Assembly (NCBI RefSeq): GCF_018977255.1
Contig: NW_024704742.1
Coordinates: 101,868,001 to 101,932,000 of the forward strand
From: Callorhinchus milii
Taxonomy: Eukaryota
Direction: 5' to 3'
DNA: 64,000 nt
This document shows, one piece after another, positions 37,801 to 50,541 of the stretch. The position numbers were made by a program, and so were the translations under genes. A model generated the notes under the pieces. The model made no database searches. It was not told the DNA's origin and saw nothing but the letters and a program-made list of their open reading frames with translations. The first letter of the stretch is position 1, and the number at the start of each line of letters is the position of its first letter.

Positions 37801-38732
37801 TGAGTGTCTGAGAGAGTGAGTGTGAGACTGAGAGTGAGTGTGTGTGAGAGTGAGTGTGAGACTGAGAGTGAGTGTGTGACTGAGTGTGTGACTGAGAGTG
37901 AGTGTGAGACTGAGAGTGAGAGTGTGACTGAGAGTGAGTGTGAGACTGAGAGTGAGTGTGTGACTGAGAGTGAGTGTGTGACTGAGAGTGAGTGTGTGAC
38001 TGAGAGTGAGAGTGTGACAGAGTGAGTGTGAGACTGAGAGTGAGTGTGTGACAGAGTGAGTGTGTGACTGAGAGTGAGTGTATGACTGAGAGTGAGTGTG
38101 TGACTGAGTGAGTGTGAGAGTGAGTGTGTGAGTGTGTGACAGAGTGAGTGTGTGACGGAGAGTGAGTGTGAGACTGAGAGTGAGTGTGTGACTGAGAGTG
38201 AGACTGAGAGTGAGTGTGTGACAGAGTGAGTGTGAGTGTGAGACTGAGTGAGTGACTGAGAGTGAGAGTCTGACTGAGAGTGAGTGTGAGACTGAGTGAG
38301 AGACTGAGAGTGAGAGTGTGACTGAGAATGAGTGTGTGACTGAGAGTCAGTGTGTGACAGAGTGAGTGTGTGATTGAGAGTGAGTGTGTGACTGAGAGTG
38401 AGTGTGTGACTGAGAGTGAGTGTGTGACTGAGAGTGAGTGTGTGACAGAGTGAGTGTGTGACTGAGAGTGAGTGTGTGACTGAGTGAGTGTGTGACTGAG
38501 AGTGAGTGTGTGACTGAGAGTGAGTGTGTGATTGAGAGTGGGTGTGTGACTGAGAGTGAGTGTGTGACTGAGAGTGAGTGTGTGACTGAGTGTGTGACTG
38601 AGAGTGAGTGTGTGACTGAGTGTGACTGAGAGTGAGTGTGTGACTGAGAGTGAGAGTGTGACTGAGAGTGAGAGTGTGACTGAGAGTGAGTGTGTGACTG
38701 AGAGTGAGTGTGTGACGACTGAGAGTGTGACT
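37797..38732. repeat. minisatellite, ~18-bp unit ACTGAGAGTGAGTGTGTG
   Basis: Roughly 50 degenerate tandem copies visible. Confidence 0.95.
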
Positions 38733-40490
38733 CCCACACACACCCCCACACACCCAAACACACACTCACACACCCCCACACACACCCCCACACACACACA
38801 CACCCACACACACACACCACCACCACACACACACACCCCACACACACACACCCCACACACACACACCCCCACACACACACCCCCACACCACAACCGCACC
38901 CCACACATCACCCCCCACATACACACACCCCACACACACCCACACACCCAAACACCACACACACACCCCCACACCACCACACACACCCCACCACACACAC
39001 CCCACACACACACACCCCCACACACCCAAACACACACACACACCCAAACACACACACACCCCCCACACAGGACCCACACCCCCCCACACAGCCCACACCC
39101 CCCCCCCAGCCCCCCCACACAGACCCACACACCCCCCCCACACAGCCCCCACACCCCCCCCCCACCCCCCCACACACCCCCCCCACACACCCCCCCCCAC
39201 ACACCCCCCCACACACACCCCCCCCACACACCCACCCACACAGCCCCCCCCCACACAGCCCCCACACCCCCCCCACACACCCCCCCCCCCCCCACACACC
39301 ACCACCACACACACCCCACACCACACACCCCACACACCCCCCCCCCCCCACACACACCACCCCCCACACCACACCCCCCACACAGCCCCCACACCCCCCC
39401 CCACACACCCCCCCCACACAGCCCCACACACACCCCCCACACACCCCCCACACACACACCCCCACACACCCCCCCCACACAGCCCCCCCACACCCCCCCC
39501 ACACACACCCCCCCCACACACACACACCCCCCCCACACAGCCCCCACACCCCCCCCACACACAGCCCCACACCCCCCACACACACCCCCCCACACCCCCA
39601 CCACACACCCCCCACCACACAGCCCCCCACACCCCCCCCACACACCCCCCCACACAGACCCACCCCCCCACAACACACACACCCCCCACACAGCCCCCCC
39701 CACACAGCCCCACACCCCCCACACACCCCCCCACACAGCCCCCCCCACACAGCCCCCCCCACACAGCCCCACACCCCCCCACACAGCCCCACACACCCCC
39801 CACACACACCCCCCCACACAGCCCCCCCCACACAGCCCCACACCCCCCCACACAGCCCCACACACCCCCCAACACAGCCCCCCCCACACAGCCCCCCCAC
39901 ACAGCCCCCCCACACAGCCCCACAGCCCCACACACCCCCCCAACACAGCCCCCCCCACACAGCCCCCCCCACACAGCCCCCCCACACACCCCCCCACACA
40001 GCCCCACACACACCCCCCCCACACCACACCCCCCCCACACAGCCCACACACACCCCCCCCCCACACAGCCCCACACCCCCACACACCCCCCCCCACACAG
40101 CCCCACACCCTCACACACACACCCCCCACACAGCCCCACACACCCCCCACACACACACCCCCCCACACAGCCCCCCCCACACAGCCCCACACCCCCCCCA
40201 CACAGCCCCACACACCCCCCAACACAGCCCCCCCCACACAGCCCCCACACCAGCCCCCCCCACACAGCCCCACAGCCCCACACACCCCCCCAACACAGCC
40301 CCCCCCACACAGCCCCCCCCACACAGCCCCCCCCACACAGCCCACCCCCCCCCCCACACAGCCCCACACACCCCCCCAACACAGCCCCCCCACACAGCCC
40401 CCCCACACAGCCCCCCCACACAGCCCCACACCCCCCACACAGACCCACACACACAGCCCCACCCCCCACACAGCCCCAGCTCCCCCCGCC
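38733..40490. repeat. C/A-rich low-complexity tandem array (CCCCACACA / CCCCACACAG units)
   Basis: About 1.75 kb composed almost only of C and A, with periodic G, on the + strand. Confidence 0.95.
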
Positions 40491-40562
40491 CAGCACCACA
40501 GCCACAACCTGCCTCCGGCCAAACCCTCTCACTGACCGTGTTTAACTCTCACTGTCCGTCGC

Positions 40563-41340
40563 CGTGTTTCTCCGCCAGATCCTCCTTCTACTCCAAGGTT
40601 ATGTTGGAGCAAAGGACAACCCTCGGCTTCTCTTTTCCACCACAAACCATCTCCTCCGTCCGCCTTCCCATACCTCATCCATCCTCTCCTCAAACTCCAA
40701 CTGTGAGGAGATGCTGGACTTCCTCAAATCTAAAATCGAGGGGATATGTTCAGCTCCATCTTCTGGCCCATCTCCTGTCCGATGTCATCAACCTCTCCCT
40801 GTCCACCGGTTCACTTCCCACCCCCTAAAAACAGCCGTTATCACCCCCATCCTGAAAAAACCTTCCCTGGATCCATCCCTCCTCTCCAGCCACCGCCCTA
40901 TCCCTAACCTCCCATTCCTCTCCAAGGTCCTGGAACGAGTTTTCGTGTCCCAGCTCCGCTCCTTTCTCTCTCGCCATTCCCTCTTTGAACCCCTCCAATC
41001 CGACTTCTGCGCTGCCCACAGCACGGAAACAGCCCTGGTCAAAGTCTGTAATGACATTCTGAACATCTGTGATCAGGGCTCCCTCTGCCTCCTTGTCCTC
41101 CTCGACCTCTCTGCCGCCTTTGACACTGTCGACCACTCCATCCTCATACACCGCCTCTCCTCTTTACTCAATCCTCACGGTCCTGCCCTTGTCTGGATCA
41201 AATCCTATCTCTCTCACTGTCTCCACTTTGTTGCCTCTAACGGCTTCTCCTCCAGTCTCCGCACTGTCACGTCTGGCGTCCCCCAGGGCTCTGTCCTTGG
41301 CCCTCTCCTCTTTAATATCTACATGCTCCCCCTGGGTGAC
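40563..41340 (+). mobile_element. L2 LINE RT fragment, truncated at a SINE
   Basis: ORF 40564-41403 carries LPFLSKVLER, LLDLSAAFDTVDH and GVPQGSVLGPLLFNIYM. Confidence 0.93.
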
Positions 41341-41666
41341 ATAATAATGATAATAATAATAATAATCCTTGCATTTGATATAGCGCTTTTCACGTCTTCT
41401 TGACGCCCAAAGCACTTCTCAGAATATACTGTAAAGTGAATTAACTATATTTTTGGGCGATCGCGGCAGCCAATTGCGCACAGCAATGTCCCACAAACAG
41501 TCGTAGATTGAAAATGACCAATTTATTATTGTTTTTGGTTTTGGAGGGATTATTATTAGGCGTGTGGAATAAGGAAACTTGCCCAAGGTTTCGCCCTCTG
41601 CCTGGAATTGAACTCGGGTCTCTCACTTGCAAAGCGAGTGCTCTAACCACTGAGCTACAGGACTCC
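41341..41666 (-). mobile_element. full-length tRNA-Ala-derived SINE
   Basis: Reverse complement of the 34432 family. Confidence 0.93.
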
Positions 41667-41769
41667 TGTAAACAGTTAGTTCACTTTACAGTGTGTTCTG
41701 TGAAGTGCTTTGGGACGTCCTCCCGACGTGAAAAGCGCTATATCAAAAATGCAAGGAAAAAAAATGCTA

Positions 41770-44700
41770 CAGGGAGCAGGTGAGGAACCAATTGTAGTTG
41801 GCCATGTGGGAAGAAATAACATAGATAGAATAGAAGTAGATAGATAGACGTAGACCAGCGGACCTTCTTGCTAAATTTAGCGCATTAGGAAGGAAGCTAA
41901 AGGGAAAGACTTCAATTGTAGTATTATCCGAAGAATTACCTGTACCATGTGCTAGTGAGGAAAGATAGAGGGTAACTAGGCAGACCACTGTGTGGCTAAG
42001 GCATTGGTGTAGGGAGTCAGGCATTCGTTTCCTCAAAGAATGGGGCACCTTTTAGAATAGGGGTCATCTATACAGAATGGATTGGCTCCATCTAAACATA
42101 AGGGGAGTTTAGGTGTTGGCAGGCTGGATAGATAGTTTAGTTAGGGAGTGTTTAAACTAGGGGTGGTTGAGGTAGATTTAAGAGAGCACCCAAACTGATT
42201 AGGGAAAACCTTAAGGCATACCAGTGTCACGGGTCAAACTTCAAAGTTTGGTGAAAACCAAACAAAAAATGCTTATTAAGTAAATGGGAAAGGCAAAAAA
42301 ATAACGGAGCTGTAGTTGCATTAATACAAGAAGTCTAATAAATTAGATGCGTGATCTGGAAGGTCTTGTAGGGGTTGATAGATTGGACATCATTAGCATC
42401 ACAGACATGGTGGAATTAATCCAAACAGTGGGATACGCATCCTAACTGTTTAGGAAGGACCGTATCGGGAGAAGAGGAGATGGCACTATATATAATCTCC
42501 ATTATTGAGATACAAGTGAGAGAGGATATAAAGAAGGAAAGGGCAGACACAAACACACTTTGGGTAGAATTATAAGATGGTAACAGAGGTAAGCTATTAT
42601 TGGGGGTCTGCTATAGACCCCCAAGCCAGGGTGTCCTGCCCCCAACCTCTGGAATTCTATCCCCCAGTCACTCCGCCTCGCCCCCTCCTTAGCCTCCTTC
42701 AAGCCCCGCCTCAAGACCCTCCTCTTCGACCATGCCATGGGCCATCCCCCTTCCCTTCCCCCCCCCCTCCCGACCCCAGCTCGGGTCTGAAATGCTGTAC
42801 TCTCCCAGCGCCTAGGGACGTCCTCCCGACATGAAAGACGTTATACAAATGTAATGTTGTTGAAAGCCTCGATCTGGAACTGTGGGATGAGATAAGGAAG
42901 GACACTAGTAAGGGACCAACCATAGTAGTTGGAGATTTTAACTTAACCAAAATTAATTGGGATAATAATGTGTCTATTGGTAAGATAGGAAAGGGATTTC
43001 TAGAGTTAAAGGAAGACTGTTCTATGACTTAGTTTGTAAAACAGCCAACAAGAGGAGATAACATCTTGAATTTGATAATGAGCAACCAAATCTCTGATAA
43101 AAAGCTGGGAGAAGCATTAAGCAACAGCGATCACAATGCAGTCACATTTGATATCACAAGAATTGGTGAGGTTGTAAAACCCAAACAAAACTGCCAAATT
43201 TCAAGAGGACTGACATTGTGTGCTCGAGAAGTCTAGTCGGAGTGGGCCTGGCAGGCTTAAATATGGCAATGGAAGTGGAGGACCTATTGAGTTCTTTCAA
43301 GGAGGTGGCTATGAAGGCAAATGAACAATGTGTATCCATGCAAAGTAAAGATATCAAGCTTAAAGGCACTCCTGCCTGGTTGGATGGGGTTGCAAAGCAA
43401 ATCATAAAGAGGAAAAAAAGCATTTCAAGCCATGAAGGAAAATGCATGGAAAAAGTCGGATTCAATACCAGAAGGCATGCCAGCACTGCAAAAAAGGCAA
43501 AAATGGCAAAGAAAAGCTTTGAATTAAACATGGCAAGAAATGTGAAGGATAATAAGAAAATGTTTTTTAGTTACATTAAGAGTAGAAGAAAAACAAGCAA
43601 TGGAATAGGCCACTGAAGGCCGGTTCAGGAAACAACATGATGCTGCAGGGCTGCAATAGTGTTAAATACATTTTTTGCACCAGTCTTTACCAAAGAGAAG
43701 CCGGATCACCTATCTGATCTGGAAAGAGAACTCAAGGATGTCACAGAGAAAAATTGTGACACTATTCATATCATTACCAACATGGTTGCCAAACAGCTGT
43801 GTAAACTTAAGGTAAATACATTTCAGGGGCTGGATAAATTGCATCTGAGGATCCCTGAGGGACTAAGGGAGGAAGTCGCTGAAACACTGGCACAAATCTT
43901 TCAAAAATCACTGAATACTGGAGAGATGCCGGGGGACTGGAGAAAGTCAGATGTTACTCCTATTTTTAAGAAAGGTAACAAAGGTGACCCAGGAAACTTC
44001 AGACTAGTAAGTTTGATGTCCATTGTGGGTAAAATATGGAGACTTATTATGGATAATATCATGGAGCATCTGGACAGAAATAAAATTATAAATGATAGCC
44101 AACGTGGGTTCATGAAGGAAAATCTTGCCAATCTAATTTACTGGATTTCTTTGATGGGGTGACGAGGGAGCTTGATAAGGGTAAGGTTATGGATGTTGCA
44201 TATCTGGATTTCAGTAAGGCATTTAATACATTTCCTCTTGAGAGGTCGGTACTGAAAATAAAGAAATCAGGAATCAATGGAGGTATATTACAATGGATAC
44301 ACAATTGGTTGACCGGACGAACGCAGAGGGTGGTGGTACAGGGAATGCCATCAGACTGGGAAAATGTTACCAGTGGAGTTCTATAAGGGTCTGTTTTGTG
44401 ACCTCTTGTTTAATATTTATATAAATGATCTGGAACTAGGAATTGCAAGCACAGTGGCTAAGTTTGCAGATGAGACCAAGCTAATGAAGGTGATAGATTA
44501 TGAAGCTGAACAAGATATTTACGGGAGGATTTGAACATATTTGGGAATGGGCAGATCAATGGCAGATGGAATTCATTATGGAGAAATGTAAAGTACTTCA
44601 CATGGGGACAAAAAATCCTGGAAGGGACTATTATTTGAATGAAAGGAAAATAATATGCATGAAAAATGAAAAGGACCTGGGGTCCTGATTGACAATAAAT

Positions 44701-45020
44701 TGAAGCTTTCCCAACAATGCTCTGTGGCAGTGAATAAAGCAAACCAGATGTTGGTATGTATCAAAACCTCAATAGCAAACCGAAATAATGGGGTAATCCC
44801 GCCACTGTGAGCAAATAGTGAACTTGTGGAAGAGGCTCCCTAGGGAGACAGTTGAAGCAGGAATGGTGATTCTTTCAAACACAGATTTGATAGTTTTCTT
44901 TTAGGAAATAACATTATGGGTTATAATAATCGGTAGTTTGGGATATATGTACATGCGACCGCCAGGAAGGCGGACTAGGTGGACCTTGTTTTTTTTGTCT
45001 AACATTTCTTATGTTCTTAG
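41770..45020 (+). mobile_element. CR1-clade LINE, decayed (ORF1 esterase remnant, ORF2 APE endonuclease and RT, 3' tail)
   Basis: ORF1 motifs HVGRNN and YRMDWLHLN (SGNH-like); EN motifs GVCYRPP and VVGDFNL; RT motifs VTPIFKKG, YLDFSKAF and KFADETKL; ends in TTCTTATGTTCTTA. Many stops and frameshifts. Confidence 0.9.
42632..42862 (+). mobile_element. L2 3'-end fragment nested in the CR1 endonuclease region
   Basis: LWNS/FK..LKT.LF-type 3' coding end, GGGACGTCCTCCCGACATGAAAG stem-loop and TTG tail; it splits CR1 between YRPP and VVGDFN. Confidence 0.85.
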
Positions 45021-45705
45021 GTTCCCACTTGATCAATGGGATCTTGCTCTGCTAGAAGGATGCATGTGTGTGAATGTTGGGTAAATTAGATTAAACAGAA
45101 TTACATTGAAACTTACAGCACAGAAAAAGATCTTTCAACCAAACAAATCTTTGCTGGTGTTTATACTCCTCTTGAGCCTACACCCCTCTTAAACCCTTTG
45201 TTTTAACAAAACTGGATAGATAATTGGGAAATAAGAGTATTACAAGATGTGAAGAAAAAGCAGGGAAATGTATTTAAAGATCTGCCAAACTGTAATACAA
45301 GGTGGAGAGGGCCAGTTGTGTGCTATGGTTGGTTCCTGTTCCTCTGTTCGAAAAGGACAGTATTGGCTGTGATGCCTCAAACAGTCATTGTACGGGCTGA
45401 AGATTGAAGACGATTGATGAGCTGAGTCTTAAAGGAGGGGAGGAATTTGTAGGGAGGAAAAAATATCCCATTTATTCCAGATAAATTAACATATTGGCCA
45501 CAAATCTTTTATCAGAGCATAGTGATAAACTGTTGTTCTTTCAGTTGCTGATTTACCTGCTGTGAATTTCCAGCATCTGCAGTATTCTTTTTATCAAGCA
45601 CTTTGGGACATCCTCCCGATGGGAAGGTGCTACAGAAATGTAAATTTTTATTGTATCTTCTATAGCAGGGATTTCCAACTGGTCCATCATTGCAAGATAA
45701 AATAA

Positions 45706-45961
45706 TTAAAATAATCCTTGCATTTGATATAGTGCTTTTCACATCTTCTAGACATCCCAAAGCGCTTCACAGAATATACTGTAAAGTGAACTGACTGTAT
45801 ATTTTGTGGGCGAACGCGGCAGCCAATTGCGCACAGCAATGTCCCACAAACAGTCGTGGATTGAAAATGACCAATTTATTATTGTTTTTGGTTTTGGAGG
45901 GATTATTATTAGGCTCTTTGTGGAGTAAGGAAACTTGCCCAAGGTTTCGCCCTCTGCCTGG
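45706..45961 (-). mobile_element. 5'-truncated tRNA-Ala SINE
   Basis: Body and tail match the family. Confidence 0.9.
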
Positions 45962-46784
45962 AGGTGGCGTCTCACATTTTCTAAATAAAAGCAAGAGGCA
46001 GGAGTGATATTTACAACAGTTTAAACATCAAAGTTCATATTTTTATTTCAAGATTCATGACGTTCTTTGTTCATCTGACTTCGTTTTCAATTTGACTCAA
46101 AAATGATACAATTCTATTGCTCCTTCCTCTTGTCATTTTGATCATGTGCTACATCGCCACCTCGTGGCCATTAACTGGTTGAAGACTCCTGTTAAATGGT
46201 TTTGGCCATCCAGGTGTCTGACACATGCAGAATCCCATCATAATACTTAAGAGTATCCAAACCAAGCTGAGAGTTCAAAGCATCCCACCTACACATGGCA
46301 ATCCCAGAGATAAATTGTTGGAATGGAATGTGCACTCTCTCCCTGGAGGGTCACATACTGCTTACCTAATTCCAGAAAGTATTAGGCACAGGTTGGCAAG
46401 AGCCAAGGCTTAGGGACCCCACTGGAGTAACTGCTGGAGGGGTAACTGCTGGAGGCTAACCATCTAAAATCACAAAACTTGCCATTGATATTGCTGTCTG
46501 GAAAGCTTTCCTGTTGCTTGGCCAGCTAGGACCACCCTACCCATTAGGGCTTTGGTTTGTAGGATTAACGGAGACACTTGTCTGGGGGAACCCATAGTTT
46601 GTTTTTTTGAAAAACTTGCAGACAATTCTATCTCACATATCCCTTCATTGAATTCTTTACCAATAGCTTCCCAATTCCCTCTTGAATGTGTTTATTTTAA
46701 GATTCAGCTTCCATAATTTGCTCTCATAACACAGATGTCCAATTCCAGCAGTTAATTTAGTTGCACATTTCTGTATCCTTCCTA

Positions 46785-47340
46785 GAATCATAGAATCATA
46801 CAGGACAGAAGGAGGCCATTGGGCCCATCATGTCTGTCCGTCTCTGAAAAGAACTATTGAAATGAATCCCACTCCCCTGCTCTCTTCTCATAGCTGTGCA
46901 AACTTATCCCCCCAAATAATTATCTACTTTTCTCTTAAAATTTCTAATCGAATTGGCTTCCACCATCCTTTCAGGCAATGCATTCCAGATCCGAACAAAT
47001 CGCTGTGTTAAAAAAGTTTTTCCTCACCACTCCTGTTTCTTTTAACAACTATTTAACAACTATTTTAAATCGATGTCCTTGGGTTACTGACCCACTCACC
47101 AGTGAAAATAGTTTCTCCTTGTTCACACTATCGAATCCGCTCATAATTTTGAAAACTTCTGTTAAGTCTCCTCTTAACCTTCTCTGCTCCAAGGAGAATA
47201 ATCCTAGCTTCTCTAGTCTCTCCTCATAACTGAAGTCCCTCATTCCTGGTACCATCCTGGTAAATCTCCTTTGCACCCTCTCCAATGTCTTCCTAAGGTG
47301 TGGTGCCCAGAACAGTACCCTAGCTGAGGCCTAACCAATT
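46785..47340 (-). mobile_element. CR1 LINE 3' fragment
   Basis: ERVQRRFTRMVPG..YEERLEKLGLFSLEQRRLRGDLTEVFKIM; tail reads (TAGAATCA)n on +. Confidence 0.92.
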
Positions 47341-47468
47341 TCACAATGTCTTTGCAGCAATATAGATATTAGGGGTTGCACTGGCTGAGTTTAGTATCAC
47401 TTCATATGACTTGTGCTTTATATCTTCAGCTGACAACCCAAGATTTAGCTTGTTTGCTTTACTGGTGT

Positions 47469-49975
47469 CACAACAACAACAACAAAATTACATTTATAGA
47501 GCACTTTTCACGTCTGAGGATATCCCAAAGCGCTGAACAGTCAGCTGTCGGGGCTCGAGCATGGGAGAGGGATGGTGTAGGGGTGAGGGAAGGCAGAGAG
47601 GCGGGAGGGAAACCAAAGGCACGGTGGAAGAGAAGGGTCTTGAGACCGGCCTTGAAGGAGGCAAGGGAGGAAGCGAGGCAAAGGGACCATGGGATGGAGT
47701 TCCAGAGTGTGGGGACAGAGAGGCTGAAAACCCGGCCACCGATGGTAGGGCGGGTCGGACGGGAGACATGGATAGGCCGGAGCCTGATGAACGGAGGGAG
47801 TGGGCAGGTTGGTAGGGAACACACTGCAACTACAATGATAACAAAAGCAACAACTTGTGGGGGTGGTGGATTGGGGAGTGAGGAGGTCGGAGAGGTAGGG
47901 AGGTGCCAGAGAGTGAAGGGATTTGAACACGAGTGTGAGGATCTTGAACTCGATCTGTTCGGTGATGGAGAGCCAGTGGAGCCTGGTGAGATGTGGGTAC
48001 GGAGTTTGGTCCGGGTCAGTATGTGGGCAGCAAAATTCTGAATGAGCTGGATGTGCAGCTGAGGAGACTGGAGAGGAGTGTGTTTGAGTAAACCAGGCGG
48101 GAGGTGATAAACGCGTGCATGAAGGTTTCACCTGCATTTGGGTTAAGGTACAGTCGGAGACGGGCAATGTGGGGGAGGTGGAAGAAACCGGACCTGGTCA
48201 GGAACCAGATGTGGGGGAGGAAGAACAGCTGGGGGTTGACCAGAATGCCTAGATCATGCACTGGCTCGGTGAGTGTGAGGGAGAGCCCAGGGAGGTTGAG
48301 TAGTTTAGATCCGCAGGAGTGAAGACGTTGACGGGAGCCAAGGAGTATGGCTTCCGTCTTGTCCACATTCAGCTGCAGGCCCTGATGTCTGCCAGACAAG
48401 CTGATAGAACATCGGCGGACCTGGAGTTGGTACTGGAGGAGGCAAAGTAGATTCGTATATCATCTACATGTGGAAGTTTACTCTGTGCATGCGGATGATA
48501 TCGCCAACAGGGAACATATAGATCAGAGAAAGAAGAGAGCCAAGGATGGAGCCCTGAGGTACCCCGCAGGTGACTGGGCGGGGGTGGGAGGAGAAACCGT
48601 TTGCTGAGATAAAATGGAGGCAGTTGGTACGACTCAAACCATGCGAGTGTGGTCCCATTAAGGTGGATGTGGGCGGAGAGATGGTGGAGGAGGATGGCAT
48701 GGTTGACTGTGTCAAATGAGGCAGAGAGATCCAGGAGGACGAGGAGGCAGAGGGAGCCCTGGTCACAGATAGAGAGGACATTGTTTGTGACTCTGATAAG
48801 CGCTGTCTCTGCTGTGGGCAGCGCGAAAACCAGTCTGCAGGGGCGAGTGGAGGGAGTGGTGTGACCGAAGTAGACCTGCAACAATGCATTCCAGGACTTT
48901 GGCAAGGAAGGGTAGGTTGGAAATGGGATGGTAATGTAAGAGATTAGAGGGATCGAGGGTGGATTTTTTGAGAAGGGGTGTGATAACAGTGTTTTTAGGG
49001 AGTGGAACAGAGCCTGAGGAGAGAGACTGGTTGTCCGTGTCAGCCAGCAGGAGGGAGAGGAGAGGGAGTTGAGTGACCAGCAATTGGGTAGAGAGTAGGT
49101 CAAGGTGGCAGGTGGTGAACTTCATGTGGGTCATTGTGGTTGAGATGGAAGAGGGAGAAATGGGGGAAGAGAAGTGTAAGGAGGGGTGAGTGGCAGGAGC
49201 TGTGGCATAGGGAGAAGGTGGTGTGGATAGTCTGGATGGGGTGGAAGGGGACACGGGGTGGGGGTGGACGATGCAGACCAGCGGATGTTTTCAATCTGAG
49301 GTTCGGTGTGTGTATGTGTGGCGGTGAATCGTGAGGCCGGACGGAATTCTGCCATCTGCACTCGAATGTCCGGGTTTGTGTTTTGAGTGACCGGAGATGC
49401 CTGTTGTACCAGGGGGAGTGGGTGGGTTTGGAAACAACCCAGGGGAGCCAGGGGATTGAAGGTTGTGGAGACACGGTCATTCAGCAGCTTGATGGATGCA
49501 TCAGGATCTCTGTGGGTGGAGGGTCAGAGGAAGAGGACGTCCGAGGAAGAGAAGGCATTTGTCTGGGAAACTTTTTTCCGAGACGGAAAGAATGGTGGAG
49601 GCTTGGAAGAGGGGAGGGGAATGTGGGAGGAGAGGGAGATGAGGAAGTGGTCCGAGATGGCCTTGTCCGTGATTGACAGGTCGGAAATGTCAAGGGGCCA
49701 TGTGCGATGTCAAGTGGCAGTTGATGTGAAGGGTGAGGTTTAGGGAGGAGAGGAGGGCAGTGAAATCCGAGGTGGTGCAGGGGGAGTTTAGGTGGAGGTT
49801 GAAATCACCCATTATGAGCAGGTGTTCAGTGCAGAGCGACAGGGATGAGAGGAGAGAGGAGATATCGGTGAGGAAGGAGCCAGGAGGTTGGGGGGGGGGG
49901 GGGCGGTAAACTAGGAGGATTTTGAGGGAGAGACAGGAGGGATGGTAGAGGGTGACGTGTTCAAAGGGCAGCTAA
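47469..49975 (-). mobile_element. L2-clade LINE, most of ORF2 (EN+RT) plus 3' tail, decayed
   Basis: PWYN, TCHLD, LLVLLDLSASFDTVNH, GVPQGSILG, LQLNVDKTEAILLG, AFITSRLVYSN, IEFKIL and LWNSIP motifs in shifting frames; (CAA)n tail at 47469. Confidence 0.92.
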
Positions 49976-50225
49976 TACGCCAAATTTCAGTGAGTTGATG
50001 AATACATTCTTTATGTGTGTTAGCCTGCCTCAATTGGTAGCACTCTCGACTGAGTCGGATGGTTGTGGGTTCAAGCCCCATGTTAGAGTATAATTTACTG
50101 GCATTGATTATTGAAATATAGTTTTTGCATTTTTTCAACATTACAATAATGCACTTTGTAGACTCTAAGCATTAGAAGCAGTGTTTTTCTAATTGCATGT
50201 GATCTCAATATTAAACCTAAATATT

Positions 50226-50541
50226 GGAGTCCTGGAGTCCTGTAGCTCAATGGTTAGAGCACTCGCTTTGCAAACGAGAGACCTGGGTTCGATTCCCGGC
50301 AGGGCGAAACCTTGGCCAAGTTTCCTTACTCCACACGCCTGATAATAATCCCTCAAAAAAAACAATAATAAATTGGTCATTTCAATCCACGACTGTCTGT
50401 GGGACACTGCTGTGCACAATTGGCTGCCGAATTTTGCCCACAAATATACAGTCAATTTACTTTACAGTCTATTCTGTGAAGAGCTTTGAGACGTCGAGAA
50501 GACATGAAAAGCGCTATATCAAATGCAAGGATTATTATTAT
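50226..50541 (+). mobile_element. full-length tRNA-Ala-derived SINE (first 8 nt duplicated)
   Basis: GGAGTCCT-GGAGTCCTGTAG start; B box GGTTCGATTCC. Confidence 0.9.

Noticed and set aside
37797..38732. CRISPR-like or telomeric array
   Set aside because: No unique spacers and no TTAGGG units; an ordinary eukaryotic minisatellite.
37610..40535. Very long ORFs (970, 637, 588, 396, 322 aa) rich in G/V/C/W or P/H/T
   Set aside because: They are translations of stop-free simple repeats, open in several frames on both strands, with no domain structure.
42502..42738. PKVCLCLPF peptide resembling DTWD2, a DMXL1 neighbour in human
   Set aside because: It lies antisense within a CR1/L2 remnant and is a chance similarity. 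I found no DTWD2 exon in the window.
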